A stretch of 64,000 nt of DNA, taken from contig NW_003314262.1 of the NCBI RefSeq assembly GCF_000143415.4, positions 2,592,603 through 2,656,602 on the forward strand, read 5' to 3'. The stretch is from Selaginella moellendorffii (lineage: Eukaryota > Plantae > Lycopodiophyta). A program made the position numbers and the translations under genes. The notes under the pieces were generated by a model. The model searched no databases, was not told where the DNA came from, and was given only the letters and a program-made list of their open reading frames with translations. Shown one piece after another: positions 45,790-57,968 of this stretch; position 1 is the stretch's first letter, and the number at the start of each line of letters is the position of its first letter.

Positions 45790-46422
45790 ATGAAGAGAAA
45801 GGCGCAGGACGCAGAGATCCCCATGCTCGATGATCTGGAAGACGAGGTCCAAGGCGATGGATGGGAGTACGAGGGAGGCTTGGCTTGCCCTCCTTGGGAC
45901 CCGGAAGCTCTCAAAAGCTTCTGTGCCATGGAGGACTGGTGTGGAGAGCCGGTGATGGCGAGAGTCAAGCCCAAAGAGCCCGCGAACAAGCCCAAGATTT
46001 CGAGCAATCCCGAGAGGCCAGAGACTCTGAGCAAGCCCAAGAGAAAGAGTTCGAGCGAGCCCAAGAGGCCCAAGACTCCAAGCGAGCCCAAGCGGCCAAA
46101 TATTTCGAGCGAGCCCAAGAGGCCCAAGACTTCGAGCGAGCCCAAGCGGGCAAAGGCTTCGAAAAGCTGTGGTGGTGAGGCCAAGACGAGGAAGAACGCG
46201 TCCGCAAAGGTGACGCCCGAGCTGCGAGCGCTGCTAGCGAAGGTGAGGGCTACGCTGCCCGAGCAAATCGACTGCCCGTGGTGTGGGCGCATCTGGTGCA
46301 CGAGGTTCTACGATTTCAACAATTACAAGCCTGGGCAGCCGAGGTACCACTGTAAGCCATGCAAGCTTACCTGGACCAAAGACAAGGTGCCAAGGCCAAG
46401 GAGCAAAAGGCCAGCATTCTAG
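45790..46422 (+). CDS. Atypical Dof-like zinc-finger protein, copy 5 (210 aa)
   Basis: Intact ORF; protein identical to copies 2 and 4. Confidence 0.8.
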   Translation: MKRKAQDAEIPMLDDLEDEVQGDGWEYEGGLACPPWDPEALKSFCAMEDWCGEPVMARVKPKEPANKPKISSNPERPETLSKPKRKSSSEPKRPKTPSEPKRPNISSEPKRPKTSSEPKRAKASKSCGGEAKTRKNASAKVTPELRALLAKVRATLPEQIDCPWCGRIWCTRFYDFNNYKPGQPRYHCKPCKLTWTKDKVPRPRSKRPAF

Positions 46423-46742
46423 ACCATCGATCCACATGTTTCTTCTCACCTTAGATCAAAGAATCATATACAAGGGAATTTGATTTACCAGAGTTTCTAG
46501 CTTACCTGGGCTGAGCTTAAAGGTGCCAGCGTTCTGTTTTTTTTTTTTGTTTTTTTCTTTTCCTCGTTTCTTCATTTCTTGGCGTACCTCTGCGTTTTTT
46601 TTCCAACACTGACTCAGAGTATAAAGCAAGACCAATGTAAGGCAGAGTATTGCAACTTCAAACAGTGAGTATTTAATAATTTGCTTCCCAAGTGCGAGAA
46701 ACAACTGTACGTTTATACGTTTTTATACGTTTTGTTCTATAG

Positions 46743-47508
46743 GGTTGCGACGCGTCCATCTTGCTCGACTCGAAAGGTTCCATCAAAAGCGAAAGAGACT
46801 CGGACAAGAACTTTGGCATCCGCCGCTTGGATTTCATCGACAGGATCAAGTTGATGCTGGAGGCCGCCTGTCCGGGAGTCGTCTCGTGCGCGGACATCAT
46901 CGTTCTGGTGGCCAGAGAATCCATCGTCTTCACCGGAGGCCCGACAATCCCCATGCTCACAGGAAGAAGAGACAGCACAGCCGCTTCCAACGCCGCAGCC
47001 GACAGGCTGTTGCCTCCAGCAACCGTAAGCGTCGACAACTTCATCAGCCTCTTCGCATCCAAGGGCCTCTCTCTCGACGAAAGCGTTGCAATCATCGGTA
47101 CGTCTCAAGGCTTTTCTTTCCAGCAAACTTTCCAAGGACAATTGATCCGAACTTCTGTACTTTTGCATTCCAGGAGCTCACACAATTGGAGTCGGGCACT
47201 GTGTCAACATTGTGAATCGGCTCTATCCAAACCAGGACAGTAAGATCAGTCTCCTGTTTGCGAGCCGGCTGAGAGTCCAGTGCCCGACGGCCAATCCCTG
47301 GATGCTCAACAACATTACAGTGATCAACAACGATATGACCAACCTCGTCTTTGACAACCAGTACTTCCGGGACCTTATAGCGCGCTTCTCCACGAACCAG
47401 CAGCTCTTCCTCAACACATTCTCTTCGGCTTTCGTCAAGCTCACGTCCAGCAATGTCTTGACAGGACAGAGTGGACAGGTTCGAAAGTACTGCCACTCAG
47501 TGAACTAG
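46743..47508 (+). pseudogene. 5'-truncated peroxidase copy 4
   Basis: Same truncation and 66-bp deletion. Confidence 0.92.
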
Positions 47509-47947
47509 ATTTATAGAGTATTGGGGAGATGCACTTTTGGATGTTGCTTCTTGTCAAGAGTTTAGAAGTTGCATTTGGCTTCCACAAATATTGAATGGAG
47601 TCAGCACTTACATGTTATTTTGGAAGATTTTGATAGAGTAAAATTATCATTGAAAAAAAACACAAAAATATTTTGAAAAATAATTTTAAAGAATTCATGA
47701 AATGAAGTTAAAATTTAATGTTTAAGATTTGTATCAAAATTAGAAGATCTTATAATAAACCTTTCCAAAGTTATTATTATTATTTTATATTGTTATGGTA
47801 TGTAATTTACTAGTAATATATTAATTGCCGAGATAGATTGGTGGATATGGAGGAAAAGGATTTAGTTTGCCCTCAATAAGCCAGCCAAAGTAAGTGGGAG
47901 GAGTAATTTTGAACTTTGAAAAAAAAAAATTCTTTCAAAATTAAATT

Positions 47948-50900
47948 TGTGAGTGCATGGAATATGGAAAGGGAATACATGTGCATATCAATTAGCCCAA
48001 AAACCCTAGCTTATATACAGGAGCGAGTGGTTCGGATTGAAACCAATCTGACGGCTACCAAAATCCCACTATGCTAATATTAATATACGGCATCGTAACC
48101 GTACACTTGGCCCTCATATCATCCCCTCCTCTCAGAATAATGGAAGACCATCAGGGTTCTCTTGTAGACGGGCCGGGATCTGGAGGAACATCAAGAGGAG
48201 GCATCGGTGGTTCTGTAGATGGTATTAACCGCTCCTGATCCCTTTGTATAAAGCGTTTCAACCGTTGCACATGCACAATCTTTGGAGGATTGGCCTGCTG
48301 GACGTCATGCCGAACCTCATAAACTTGTGGTTCAACTTGCTGCAACACACAATACGGTCCTTTCCACTGTGCAAGGAGCCCCTTAGATAAACCACATACC
48401 GTAAGATGGGGAAAACGGACTAACACCAAATCATCCACTTTGTACTCCGCAGGTGGACGATGATGGGAGTTGTAGCGCTGTTGTTGTCCCACTTGTATGC
48501 AGTCTAAGTGTTCGGTAGACTCTGCTCGGACAAGTGGAAAAATGCTAGTCAAATATTGATCCCATGATCTAGCATCCGCAACTCATGGCAATCGCGAAGG
48601 TAAACTCAGCTCCATTGGTAATATTGGATCATGACCATATAGGAATTTATATGGTGAAGCACTAATAGAACTCTACACCCCAGTGACATATGCATACCAA
48701 AGAGACGGCAAATAACCATCCCAATCCGAATGCTGAAAGTTCACATACTTTGCAATCATCCCCTTGAACGTCTGAACGAGCCGTTCCACCAGACCGTCTG
48801 ATTGTGGATGATAAACACTCGTGAAAGTGTGGCGAATCCCCAACCGAGACGTCAAAACATGAAATGCCTCAGCCATAAATGCGGGACCATTATCCGAAAG
48901 AATCCGCTCTGGACAAGAATGTTAGAACACCACTCGATTGAGGAGGAAGTATCCAACAGCAGTTGTAGAGGCACTAGCAAGAGCACCAACTTCCACCCAA
49001 CGAGTCAAATAGTCAGAAGCAATAATAACATACTCATTGCCAGCAGTCGACCATGGAAAAGGTCCCATAAGATCAAATGCCACCAACTCAAACGGACGGG
49101 AAACTGCAATTGACTCCAATCGTCCTTCCGCTGCCCGAGGGGGAGTATTACGAGCTTGGCACCAAATGCAGCTACGCACATACCGGATAATATCACATCG
49201 CATCTCCGGCCAATAGAAAGACCTGCGTAGCTTCTCGATTACATGGCGATGTCCCATATGCCCACCTAGAACAGGAGAATCATGGTAGGCATGGAAAAAC
49301 TACAGAATAAAGATAGAAGGCACCACCAGCCGTAAATGATCATCAAGATCTGTCCCCACAAAATAAAGAATGCCATTTTTAAGATGATATTGAGAATGTA
49401 AATGCCGAAAAGGCAAGTCATCAGCAAGTGATGCAGGATTCTCAAACCCATCTCGAAGCCTTTGAATCCATGGCTCAATCTTTTGAGCCTCACGAACCTC
49501 ATCAAGCGAAGGTAGATCTTGCTCTGCACCTTGTGGACACTGAACATCAAGTATAGCAACTGCCGAAGGCACAGAATCCTCGTCTAAAAAATCCACAGAT
49601 GCTGGAACAATAGGCTCATTAGAAATATGAGAGGAGAGTGAAGAAGGAAGAGGAGCTCGAGAAAGGGCATCAACATCAGCCATAAAACTCCCTGGGCGGT
49701 GAATAACATCAAAATCATATATGTGAAGCTTCAAAGCCCACCGAACAGTACGACCAACTAGGTTCTTCCACTTTAATAATGAAGTAACAACAGCATGGTC
49801 ACCTTCAAGTAACGTCTGAGAACCATGTAGATATGCATGAAGTTTCTCAAAACCCCAAACTGCTGCTAAACACTCCTCTGTCGTGGAGTAGTTCATCATT
49901 GCTAGTTGTAATGTACGGCTTATATATGCAATGGGATGGCGCTGATCAAGCACACTTGAGCTCTCTTGCATTAACACACCTCCAAGACCAATGTCAGAAG
50001 CATCCACTTGCAAAATAAAAGGTCGAGTGTAGTCAGGATATGCCAAAACCGGAGGAGTTGTCAATAATTCTTTGAGATCCCCGAATGCCCGCTCACAATC
50101 TGAAGACCAAATGAAAGATGACGTTGATGACTTTAGCAACGCTCGCAATGGTGCAGTGCGATCAGAAAGATGATCCACAAAACACTCGAGATACTGCACC
50201 TTGCCCAAGAAGCGCTACACATCATTCACACACTTCGGAGTAGGGAACTTTAGAACAGCCACAAGTTTGTCAGGATCAACTTGCAAACCCTCACGAGAAA
50301 TACGGTACCCAAAATAAGTTGTGTCCTTGGATCCAAACACGCACTTCGACCGCTTCAGCTTTAAACCAACGTCGCGTAGCCGATCCAACACTTTACAAAC
50401 ATCACAAACGTGCTCCTCCCACATCCCCTCTGAGTGGATCAAGACATCATCAATGAAATCAGCAGTCACCTCCAGCATATTGCAAAGAACCTCGTCCATC
50501 ATCTGTTGAAAAGTTGCTGGAGCATTGTTCAAACCAAATGGCATCACCAAGAACTCATACAAACCAAATGGTTTACGAAAAGCAATCTTAGGAATATCTT
50601 CTTCAACCATCAGTACTTGCCAGTACCCAGAAGCAAAATCTAGCTTGGTGAACCAACGACTTCGCCCCAAACGATCTAAGAGATCAGTAGTGTGAGGAAG
50701 AGGGTACACATCCGGGATCGTTATGTCATTTAACAGACGATAGTCGATGCAGAAACTAATACTCCTATCAGGCTTCGTCACAAGATGAGGTTCACATGCC
50801 CAAGGACTCCGCGACTTCCGAATAACACCCTTCTCCAACATCTTTTTGACATTTGCACGTAAAATCTTGATCTCCTTTGGTGACCAACGACGAACAGGAA

Positions 50901-52931
50901 CCTTGATTGGACGAGCATCCCTAGTTGGAATCAGATGACGTGTGGCAATCTTGGCTCTAGACGATAGGTCAAAGTCAAAGAGATCAGAATACTCCTTCAT
51001 GAGCTTGTCAACTGCTGCAACACAAAGATCGTCGGAGGGATCGGAAAAGGGAAGAGCAGAACAAGATGGAAATACAGGAGGAAATAGTGGGGAAACAAAA
51101 GTAATGGAAGCAGAGGTAGAAGTAGAGGGACAAAAAAGTACTGAAGTGAGAGGAATGGATGAAACATAAGGAAGTACGAGACAAGGGGGAGAAGCCTCAA
51201 AGTCACATTTGGCATGATTGCGCTGCAACCAATCCATACCAAGAATGAGGTCAAAAGCTTGACTTGGCACCACCCACAACGACTGCAACTCAAGCTTGAG
51301 ATTGCCCACACGCACAACCAGGTCTGCCTCATCCCGTGCACATGCATGTATACGGCTATTGCCATAAAGAATGAAAACTGGTTCCGCCGCACGCGCAAGT
51401 GTAGATGACAATGTGTGGCAATAGGTCGAGCAATAGAAGATAAACTCGAACCTGTATCAACCAATACAGAGAGAATAATGAAAGACCTCTTGTTATAAAG
51501 ACGAGCTTGGAAATTAAACATTGGATGAACTGGTGCCGAGTGAACCCCTTGATGATACTCCCAAAAGAAAGATGGAGGGGTCACTGACTTATTCGCGTAA
51601 GGTTCCTCCATTACTCGCGTGACTCCTCGTTTCCCGGATGCATCTCAGTGTCCAAACCTTCCATTGCAGCAGCACCAACGGGACGTTACTGACGCCAAGG
51701 TCTCCACCCAGGAAATGGAGGTCGCCAATCCGGAAAACGCTGACAACGCCGATAAGTATGACCAACTTCATCACATGTTCAGCAGCGAACATCACGGCCA
51801 CGACCACGTCCTCGCCCGTGACCTTGGACTCGAGCAGCAGCAGCATCAACCTCCATTGGAACAAGACCATCACCCACAGAAAGTGGAGCTGAAGGACGTG
51901 CAGCGAGAAGTGGAAGAGGCGATGTCTCATAACGTTGTGCCAAGCGAAGAGCATCATCAAGGGTGGTAGGAGCAAGTGCATGCACAAGTCCGACAAGATC
52001 TTGACAAAGTGCTGGCCACAACATTCCTAGCTTGATCCGCTCCGACATATTTGGCTCCGCACGAAGCAAAAGACTTCGGAAACGAACACCAAATTGCATC
52101 ACCGACTCAGATGGCCCTTGGTGAAGACGATGCAATTCTTGGAAAGCATCATCACAGTTATCGGCATGTTCAAAGGCGCGTTTGAAGACATCCAGAAGAA
52201 CACTCCAATCCCTGCGAGTGGCTGCTCCCAAACCGTTGTACCATTGCAACGCCGTCCCTTGGAGACACGTGGGAAACTCACGCAAACGTCAAGCATTATC
52301 CCAAGAATGATATGTGGCAATCACTGTAAAGTGATCGAACCAATGGTACACATCATATTCTAGCTTTTTGTCATTTTTTTTCTTTTGCTCTTTCTTTTTC
52401 ATTCGTCTCCATGGCAGATCAACAATCTCCTCCTTTGACTCTGGAGCAGCAGTTAGTACAATTGCTTAATGCTATGTGCTTGCAATTGAACAACCAAACT
52501 TAGTTAATGGCGGCGTTTATGGCACATGGTACAACTCCTCTTGCTCTTGGTGCCAATCCTCGTGTTCGGCCAAAGTTCTTTCACGGGAATCCTGGGGATG
52601 CAAAAGCTAAATCTAAACCAAAATCGTGAAAGGAAATAACAAAAGAAAGGAAATAGAAAAAACTAGATCTAGACAATGCAAAAGCTAGATCTAAATTGAA
52701 ATCCCAAATCCAAGCACTCCCCAGGGACAACCAAAGGTGCCCCTCACCTCCACCAATGTGAGTGCATGGAATATAGAAAGGGAATATAGAAATGTGCATA
52801 TCAATTAACCTAAAAACCCTAACTTATATATAGGAGCGAGTGGTCCGGATTGAAACCAATCCGACGGCTACCAAAATCCTACTATGCTAATATTAGTATA
52901 TGGCATCGTAATCGTACATTTGGCCCTCACA
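47948..52931 (-). mobile_element. Degenerate Ty3/gypsy element, copy 3 (LTRs 47948-48118 and 52757-52931)
   Basis: Same flanks and AATT TSD as copies 1 and 2. Confidence 0.95.
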
Positions 52932-53645
52932 AATTAAAATTTCAGAAAATAACTAAAAATATAGCTTTTACTTTTTTAAATTAACAATTATATATATTAT
53001 TCTAAAGATATTGTGTTCATGGCCAAGTATGTATTTATAAATTAAATTTTCTTTGCAATTAACCTTTTAATCTCTATAATATATAAAAACATCACTCACA
53101 ACCTAAATATTAGGATGAAGAGTGGGCTTAAGTTTTATTTAATGTAGTGCTATTAATTATTTTTCCCTTTTGTTTATCTAGTTTCACAAATTTAATCTTG
53201 CTATATTTATTTTTATTTTATTTGCACAAATCAAATGAATATTAAAGTTGTGAGGCTTTTTATTGTTATTATAGCAAAATGTAATATCAAAAGGAGTTGT
53301 ATTAAGGATAACTCTTAATTAATTATGCTTTTAAAGTTCTCTTACTGTTAGCATGGAAATCAGGGATGGGTGTTTTGCATGGCTTCGTGCCTAGAATTTC
53401 CAAATACAAAGCCTTTTTTTTTATCTAAATGCTCTTCAGTATTAATACTGCCTTGCAAGACTGAAAGTGCAATGTGGATTCCCATTTTGCAACATCATTC
53501 CAACTAAAGTTTAAAGTTAGCATAATTATAAATAATATTACAAGTCATCCTTTTCATTTTTAATTAAACTAATTAAAAAGGCACCTTTTTGAGAATAAGT
53601 ATAAATGTGTGGACCCAGAATGTGTACACTAGGGTTTATTGCATC

Positions 53646-54242
53646 ATGAAGAGAAAGGCGCAGGACGCAGAGATCCCCATGCTCGATGATCTGGAAGACG
53701 AGGTCCAAGGCGACGGATGGGAGTACGAGGGAGGCTTGGCTTGCCCTCCTTGGGACCCGGAAGCTCTCAAAAGCTTCTGTGCCATGGAGGACTGGTGTGG
53801 AGAGCCGGTGATGGCGAGAGTCAAGCCCAAAGAGCCCGCGAACAAGCCCAAGATTTCGAGCAATCCCGAGAGGCCAGAGACTCTGAGCAAGCCCAAGAGA
53901 AAGAGTTCGAGCGAGCCCAAGACTCCAAGCGAGCCCAAGCGGCCAAATATTTCGAGCGAGCCCAAGAGGCCCAAGACTTCGAAAAGCTGTGGTGGTGAGG
54001 CCAAGACGAGGAAGAACGCGTCCGCAAAGGTGACGCCCGAGCTGCGAGCGCTGCTAGCGAAGGTGAGAGCTACGCTGCCCGAGCAAATCGACTGCCCGTG
54101 GTGTGGGCGCATCTGGTGCACGAGGTTCTACGATTTCAACAATTACAAGCCTGGGCAGCCGAGGTACCACTGTAAGCCATGCAAGCTTACCTGGACCAAA
54201 GACAAGGTGCCAAGGCCAAGGAGCAAAAGGCTAGCATTCTAG
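53646..54242 (+). CDS. Atypical Dof-like zinc-finger protein, copy 6 (198 aa)
   Basis: Intact ORF; in-frame losses in the repeat tract; ends RLAF. Confidence 0.8.
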   Translation: MKRKAQDAEIPMLDDLEDEVQGDGWEYEGGLACPPWDPEALKSFCAMEDWCGEPVMARVKPKEPANKPKISSNPERPETLSKPKRKSSSEPKTPSEPKRPNISSEPKRPKTSKSCGGEAKTRKNASAKVTPELRALLAKVRATLPEQIDCPWCGRIWCTRFYDFNNYKPGQPRYHCKPCKLTWTKDKVPRPRSKRLAF

Positions 54243-54667
54243 ACCATCGATCCACATGTTTCTTCTCACCTTAGATCAAAGAATCATATACAAACTTTTC
54301 TTACACGCTCGCTCATTGGAGTTTGTCTGTGAGCGCGTTGTTGGCACTGGAAAGAAAGAACGAAGGGGAATTTGATTTACCAGAATTTCTAGCTTGCTAC
54401 ACCCACTTGGAATATCAGAAATGAAGAAACGAGGAAAAGAAAAGAAAAGAAAACAGAACGCTACGTTTATACACCACGCATCTTTAAAATTTTAAAGCTT
54501 TTTGGATTCATAGTATAAAGCAAGAACAATGTAGGCAAAGTATTGCAACTTCAAACAGTAGAGTCTTTCATAATTTGCTTCCCAAGTGCGAGAAACAACT
54601 GTAAAATTTCCAGTGTCAAAATTTTCGAAGAGCCAATACAAAGAATCTCGTGATGCTCTGCGAGGCA

Positions 54668-55916
54668 TCAATCCGAGCCATGACTCGCGTTCCAACTTTG
54701 CAGGAAGCTCTTACCGGCTTCGTACGTGGACCAGCTGATGGCTGCCGCAGGAGTGTGAAACAAAACTCTAGGCTTTAACCCCTTGAACAGGGCCGCCGAG
54801 CCCTCACGGCGAACAATCTCCTTCACCACTTGTGTGACGGAGCTGGTTGAATACTTGGTTGCACCGCAAACACCCTGAGAACAGCCACATCCAGAATTCA
54901 GAGCCATCGCAACTAAACTAGCATACGAAACGAACACTCATCTACATGCACAAGCATCCTAGAACTCAAGAAAGAAACGCTAAACCAGACCACAAGAACC
55001 AACACTATAAACTCTAAACAAAAAATACAACTCTGTGAAAGCAAAACTTTCAACTTCCAATCATCTAAGAAGAGTGGAACAAAGAAACAACTGAAAGCTT
55101 GATGAAACACTCGCTCTCAGAGAGAAAAGAGACACATACCTGGCACTGGAGCCTCGTCTTGACAACATCAAACGGGGTAGTGATCCCACTCGCCAGCGCT
55201 CCGGCGGTGCCACCGGCGGCAACATGCGTCAACAAGTGATCGTCCCCAGCCTGATCCGGATACAACTCGGACAAGATCTTCTTGGCAGCCTCATACGCCG
55301 CAAAGTGTACCCCGGTGAACGGAATGTTCATCAAAACCGTGGTCCTGTACGAGGCGTAGAACCCCGCAAGCCCCTCGCTCCTGTAAATCCTCGCAACGCA
55401 GTCCGCCACCCCCTGGTATGGACTCCGGCTTAGCTGCAACCGCTGCTTCACCACGTCCATGGGCGTGAGCACCGTGTCGCTAGCGACGGTGGCGCAAGCC
55501 CCGGACGCCATATGAGCTAGAGGCTGGTGGCCATCGCGGTTGCCTCCAAACTTCTCCTTGAAGAACTCGTAGCATCCAAAGTAGACCGCGTGGGACGGCC
55601 CAGCGCCGAGAACCATGGCTCCCAATCCTCGGTAGAACCCCGCCAGACCTTCCAGGCGCATGATCGATCCCACTGCCTTGGTGAGCGATGGAACTGGGGA
55701 GCCGCACGGGCAGGACGAAGGAGCCGATAGCATCTGCACGCGCGTCTTGACAGTGTCGACCGGGAACATTGCCGTGTGCTCTACCACGCCGGCGATGGAT
55801 CCCGCCAGCATGTATTGCCGAAATCCCAAGCCGTCGTGGGGACCTTTCTCGTGCGCCATTGCTCTAGCGTAGGCGGCGCCACTGATGGACAGCGGGAGAT
55901 TTGTCTCTGCTGCCAT
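54668..55916 (-). CDS. Mitoferrin-like mitochondrial iron carrier (SLC25/MRS3-4 family); exons 55916-55140, 54874-54668
   Basis: Three Px[DE]xx[KR]x[RK] signatures (PVDTVKTR, PMDVVKQR, PFDVVKTR); mitoferrin-type GAGPSHAVYF, MNIPF and P.AAISWSTYE motifs. Confidence 0.9.
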
Positions 55917-56084
55917 TGCCAATGGCGCTGCTGCCCTGAGAGGATCCAAAATCGCGAGAGAGAGAGAGAGATCAAACCGATGGATCGCCCGAGATTTCCC
56001 TGAAACGTACCATGAGATCGAGCGAGCAAGCACGCGCCAATGCTGCCGATGCCAATGCCGATACCGCGCGGCGCAGGTTAGAAT

Positions 56085-56720
56085 AAAAACCCTAATCCTC
56101 TTCTCCTCACCCGGAGCCCTATCTTTCAAATGGACGGCACAGCTTGCGCCACGTGGTACCTCAAATTCGGTGCCATGTCACAAAACACGTCAGCTTGTGG
56201 GCCAAGTGGCCATACATATTTGCGCCACGTGGAAGGTATATTTTCTACATCTGTACCTTGTTTGCCATAGCGATGGTGGGTCCTTTATACTTTATTTGGT
56301 GTTGTCCAATCTCCTCAGCGCTTTCATATCAAATCTTTTCGCCCCAGTCGTCAACCCCAAATTGAAATGCAAGCTGCAAGGACAAAAAGCCGCAAAATCC
56401 CCCGGTTTAGCTCTAATGCCCCCGATTAGCCGCGCCTTAGCTCCTAAATTCCAATTGGCCGCTCTAATCCCACCGGCATTGTACCCTGTCCTCCACACCA
56501 GAAATACATACACGGTGACTTCACTCACCACGGTACACACTTGCCACAAAACGTGGTGACCCCGGCCCCCCAAAAAGGGAAAGCTTTCCCTCCCTGGCCA
56601 TGGCTGCCAGGTGATAAAATCGGGAAATAAAGCCCCGGCCACGTGGCGTCACGCGGGTCGCAATCCTCCGCCGCGTCACGCGCCACGTCGGGCGACGACG
56701 TGGCATGGCCCCCACGGTAC
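56085..56720. promoter_or_regulatory. G-box/ABRE-rich, probably bidirectional promoter
   Basis: GCCACGTGG around 56150, 56226 and 56640, further ACGT cores, and telo-box AAACCCTAA at about 56088; lies upstream of the carrier gene. Confidence 0.5.
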
Positions 56721-57860
56721 GGACGGCGAGCGCCGTTAGATTAGCGGAATCTTAGACGGAGTTATTACGCTGCTCATCGTTGTTGCCAAAAATCCTAGCG
56801 ACGAGCGCCCGCCAGGGGCGGCCGTCCACCGCCTTGATTCCTCCTCGCTCCATTCCTCGCTCGATTCGCGATTGATTGATTGATCTCTCTTTCTTGCTCC
56901 TCGCCTCGGGCTCGCGCTCTGATTTCTAGGATTTCCTCCGCTGCCGCATTACTGCGGGCCTCGTGAATATTACGCGCGATTGTACACGCCAGGGCGGAAG
57001 AACAGGCGCCAGCCAGCGCTCCCCCCCTTCCAAATTCCGGAATCCGGATGCCTGCGCTGGGATCGAGGCGCGGCGAGCGAGAGAGAGAGAGAGAGAGAGC
57101 GCTGCCAGTGGCGGAGGCTGGAACTAGGCCAGGCCAACAGATTCTCGAGAGCGCCGTTTTGCTGTTCTGGTCGGAGGCGTGAAGATCTTCGCCCGTGCCG
57201 TGCCGTGCCGTGCCGTGCCGTTCCTCTCTTGTGAGTATAAATCTTTAAGTCTGTCTGTGAGTGTGTGTGGGAGGAAGAGCGAGAGAGAGGGAAGAGCGTC
57301 GTCGTCGTCGTCGTCTTCAAGTGGAAAGAAGGTTTTTCTTTCTTTTGTTTGTCTCATGGAAAAAAGAGAGAGTGTGGGTGTGCATTTTCGGGATCCGGGT
57401 ATACTGGCTTTCATCCATTCCTTCTTCTTCTTCTTCTTCTCTTTGCTTACTTCCTTCAAAGCTCCTCGTCTCTCCTCGCTGCTGCTGCTGCTAGAGCGAT
57501 ACCAGCATTCTAGATCCAGTCGCGAGCGAAAAACGATAAAACACAAGAGGAGATTGAGCTTGTCAATGGTCGCTGGATTAAAATGTGGTGACAGGTTTGA
57601 GCTTGGTAACAGGGGAACCTAGACTGTAATTTGCTGCTTGCTTTGATTCCCTTCGTCCTTCCACCGCCATTCCAGTCTTTGCAGTCACTGTTTCCGAAAA
57701 GTTTCGAGAAAAGGAAGAACACTGCTTGGACGCAAGCTCGTCTTGACTCGTTGTGGTGGTTTGGATTTGTGCATTTGCGCCAAGGATTTCGAGTTTCTTG
57801 TCTGCTTTCGTCTGGAGGAGATCGATGTATGCTTGTGCTCTAGGTTCCCTTGTTTCCAAA

Positions 57861-57968
57861 TTCAAGTCTGGTACCAGTCAAGAAGTTTTCTGTTTGATTC
57901 TCGATTCAGAGCTTGGTTCAAGTCTGGTACCAGTCAAGAAGTTTTCTGTTTGATTCTCGATTCAGAGC
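57861..57968. repeat. Perfect 52-bp direct repeat x2 (57861-57912, 57917-57968)
   Basis: TTCAAGTCTGGTACCAGTCAAGAAGTTTTCTGTTTGATTCTCGATTCAGAGC occurs twice with a 4-bp spacer. Confidence 0.95.

Larger units (their letters stand above)
22780..55919. repeat. Nested tandem segmental duplication array (Dof-like gene / peroxidase pseudogene / gypsy / carrier gene)
   Basis: Order: D1-P-LTR-D2-P-D3-M'-D4-P-LTR-D5-P-LTR-D6-M. Near-identical units are visible in both the sequence and the ORF track. Confidence 0.95.

Noticed and set aside
26050-52931. Site-specific, independent retrotransposon insertions
   Set aside because: Shared stops, the shared gag inversion and the LTR divergence pattern indicate one insertion copied by tandem duplication.
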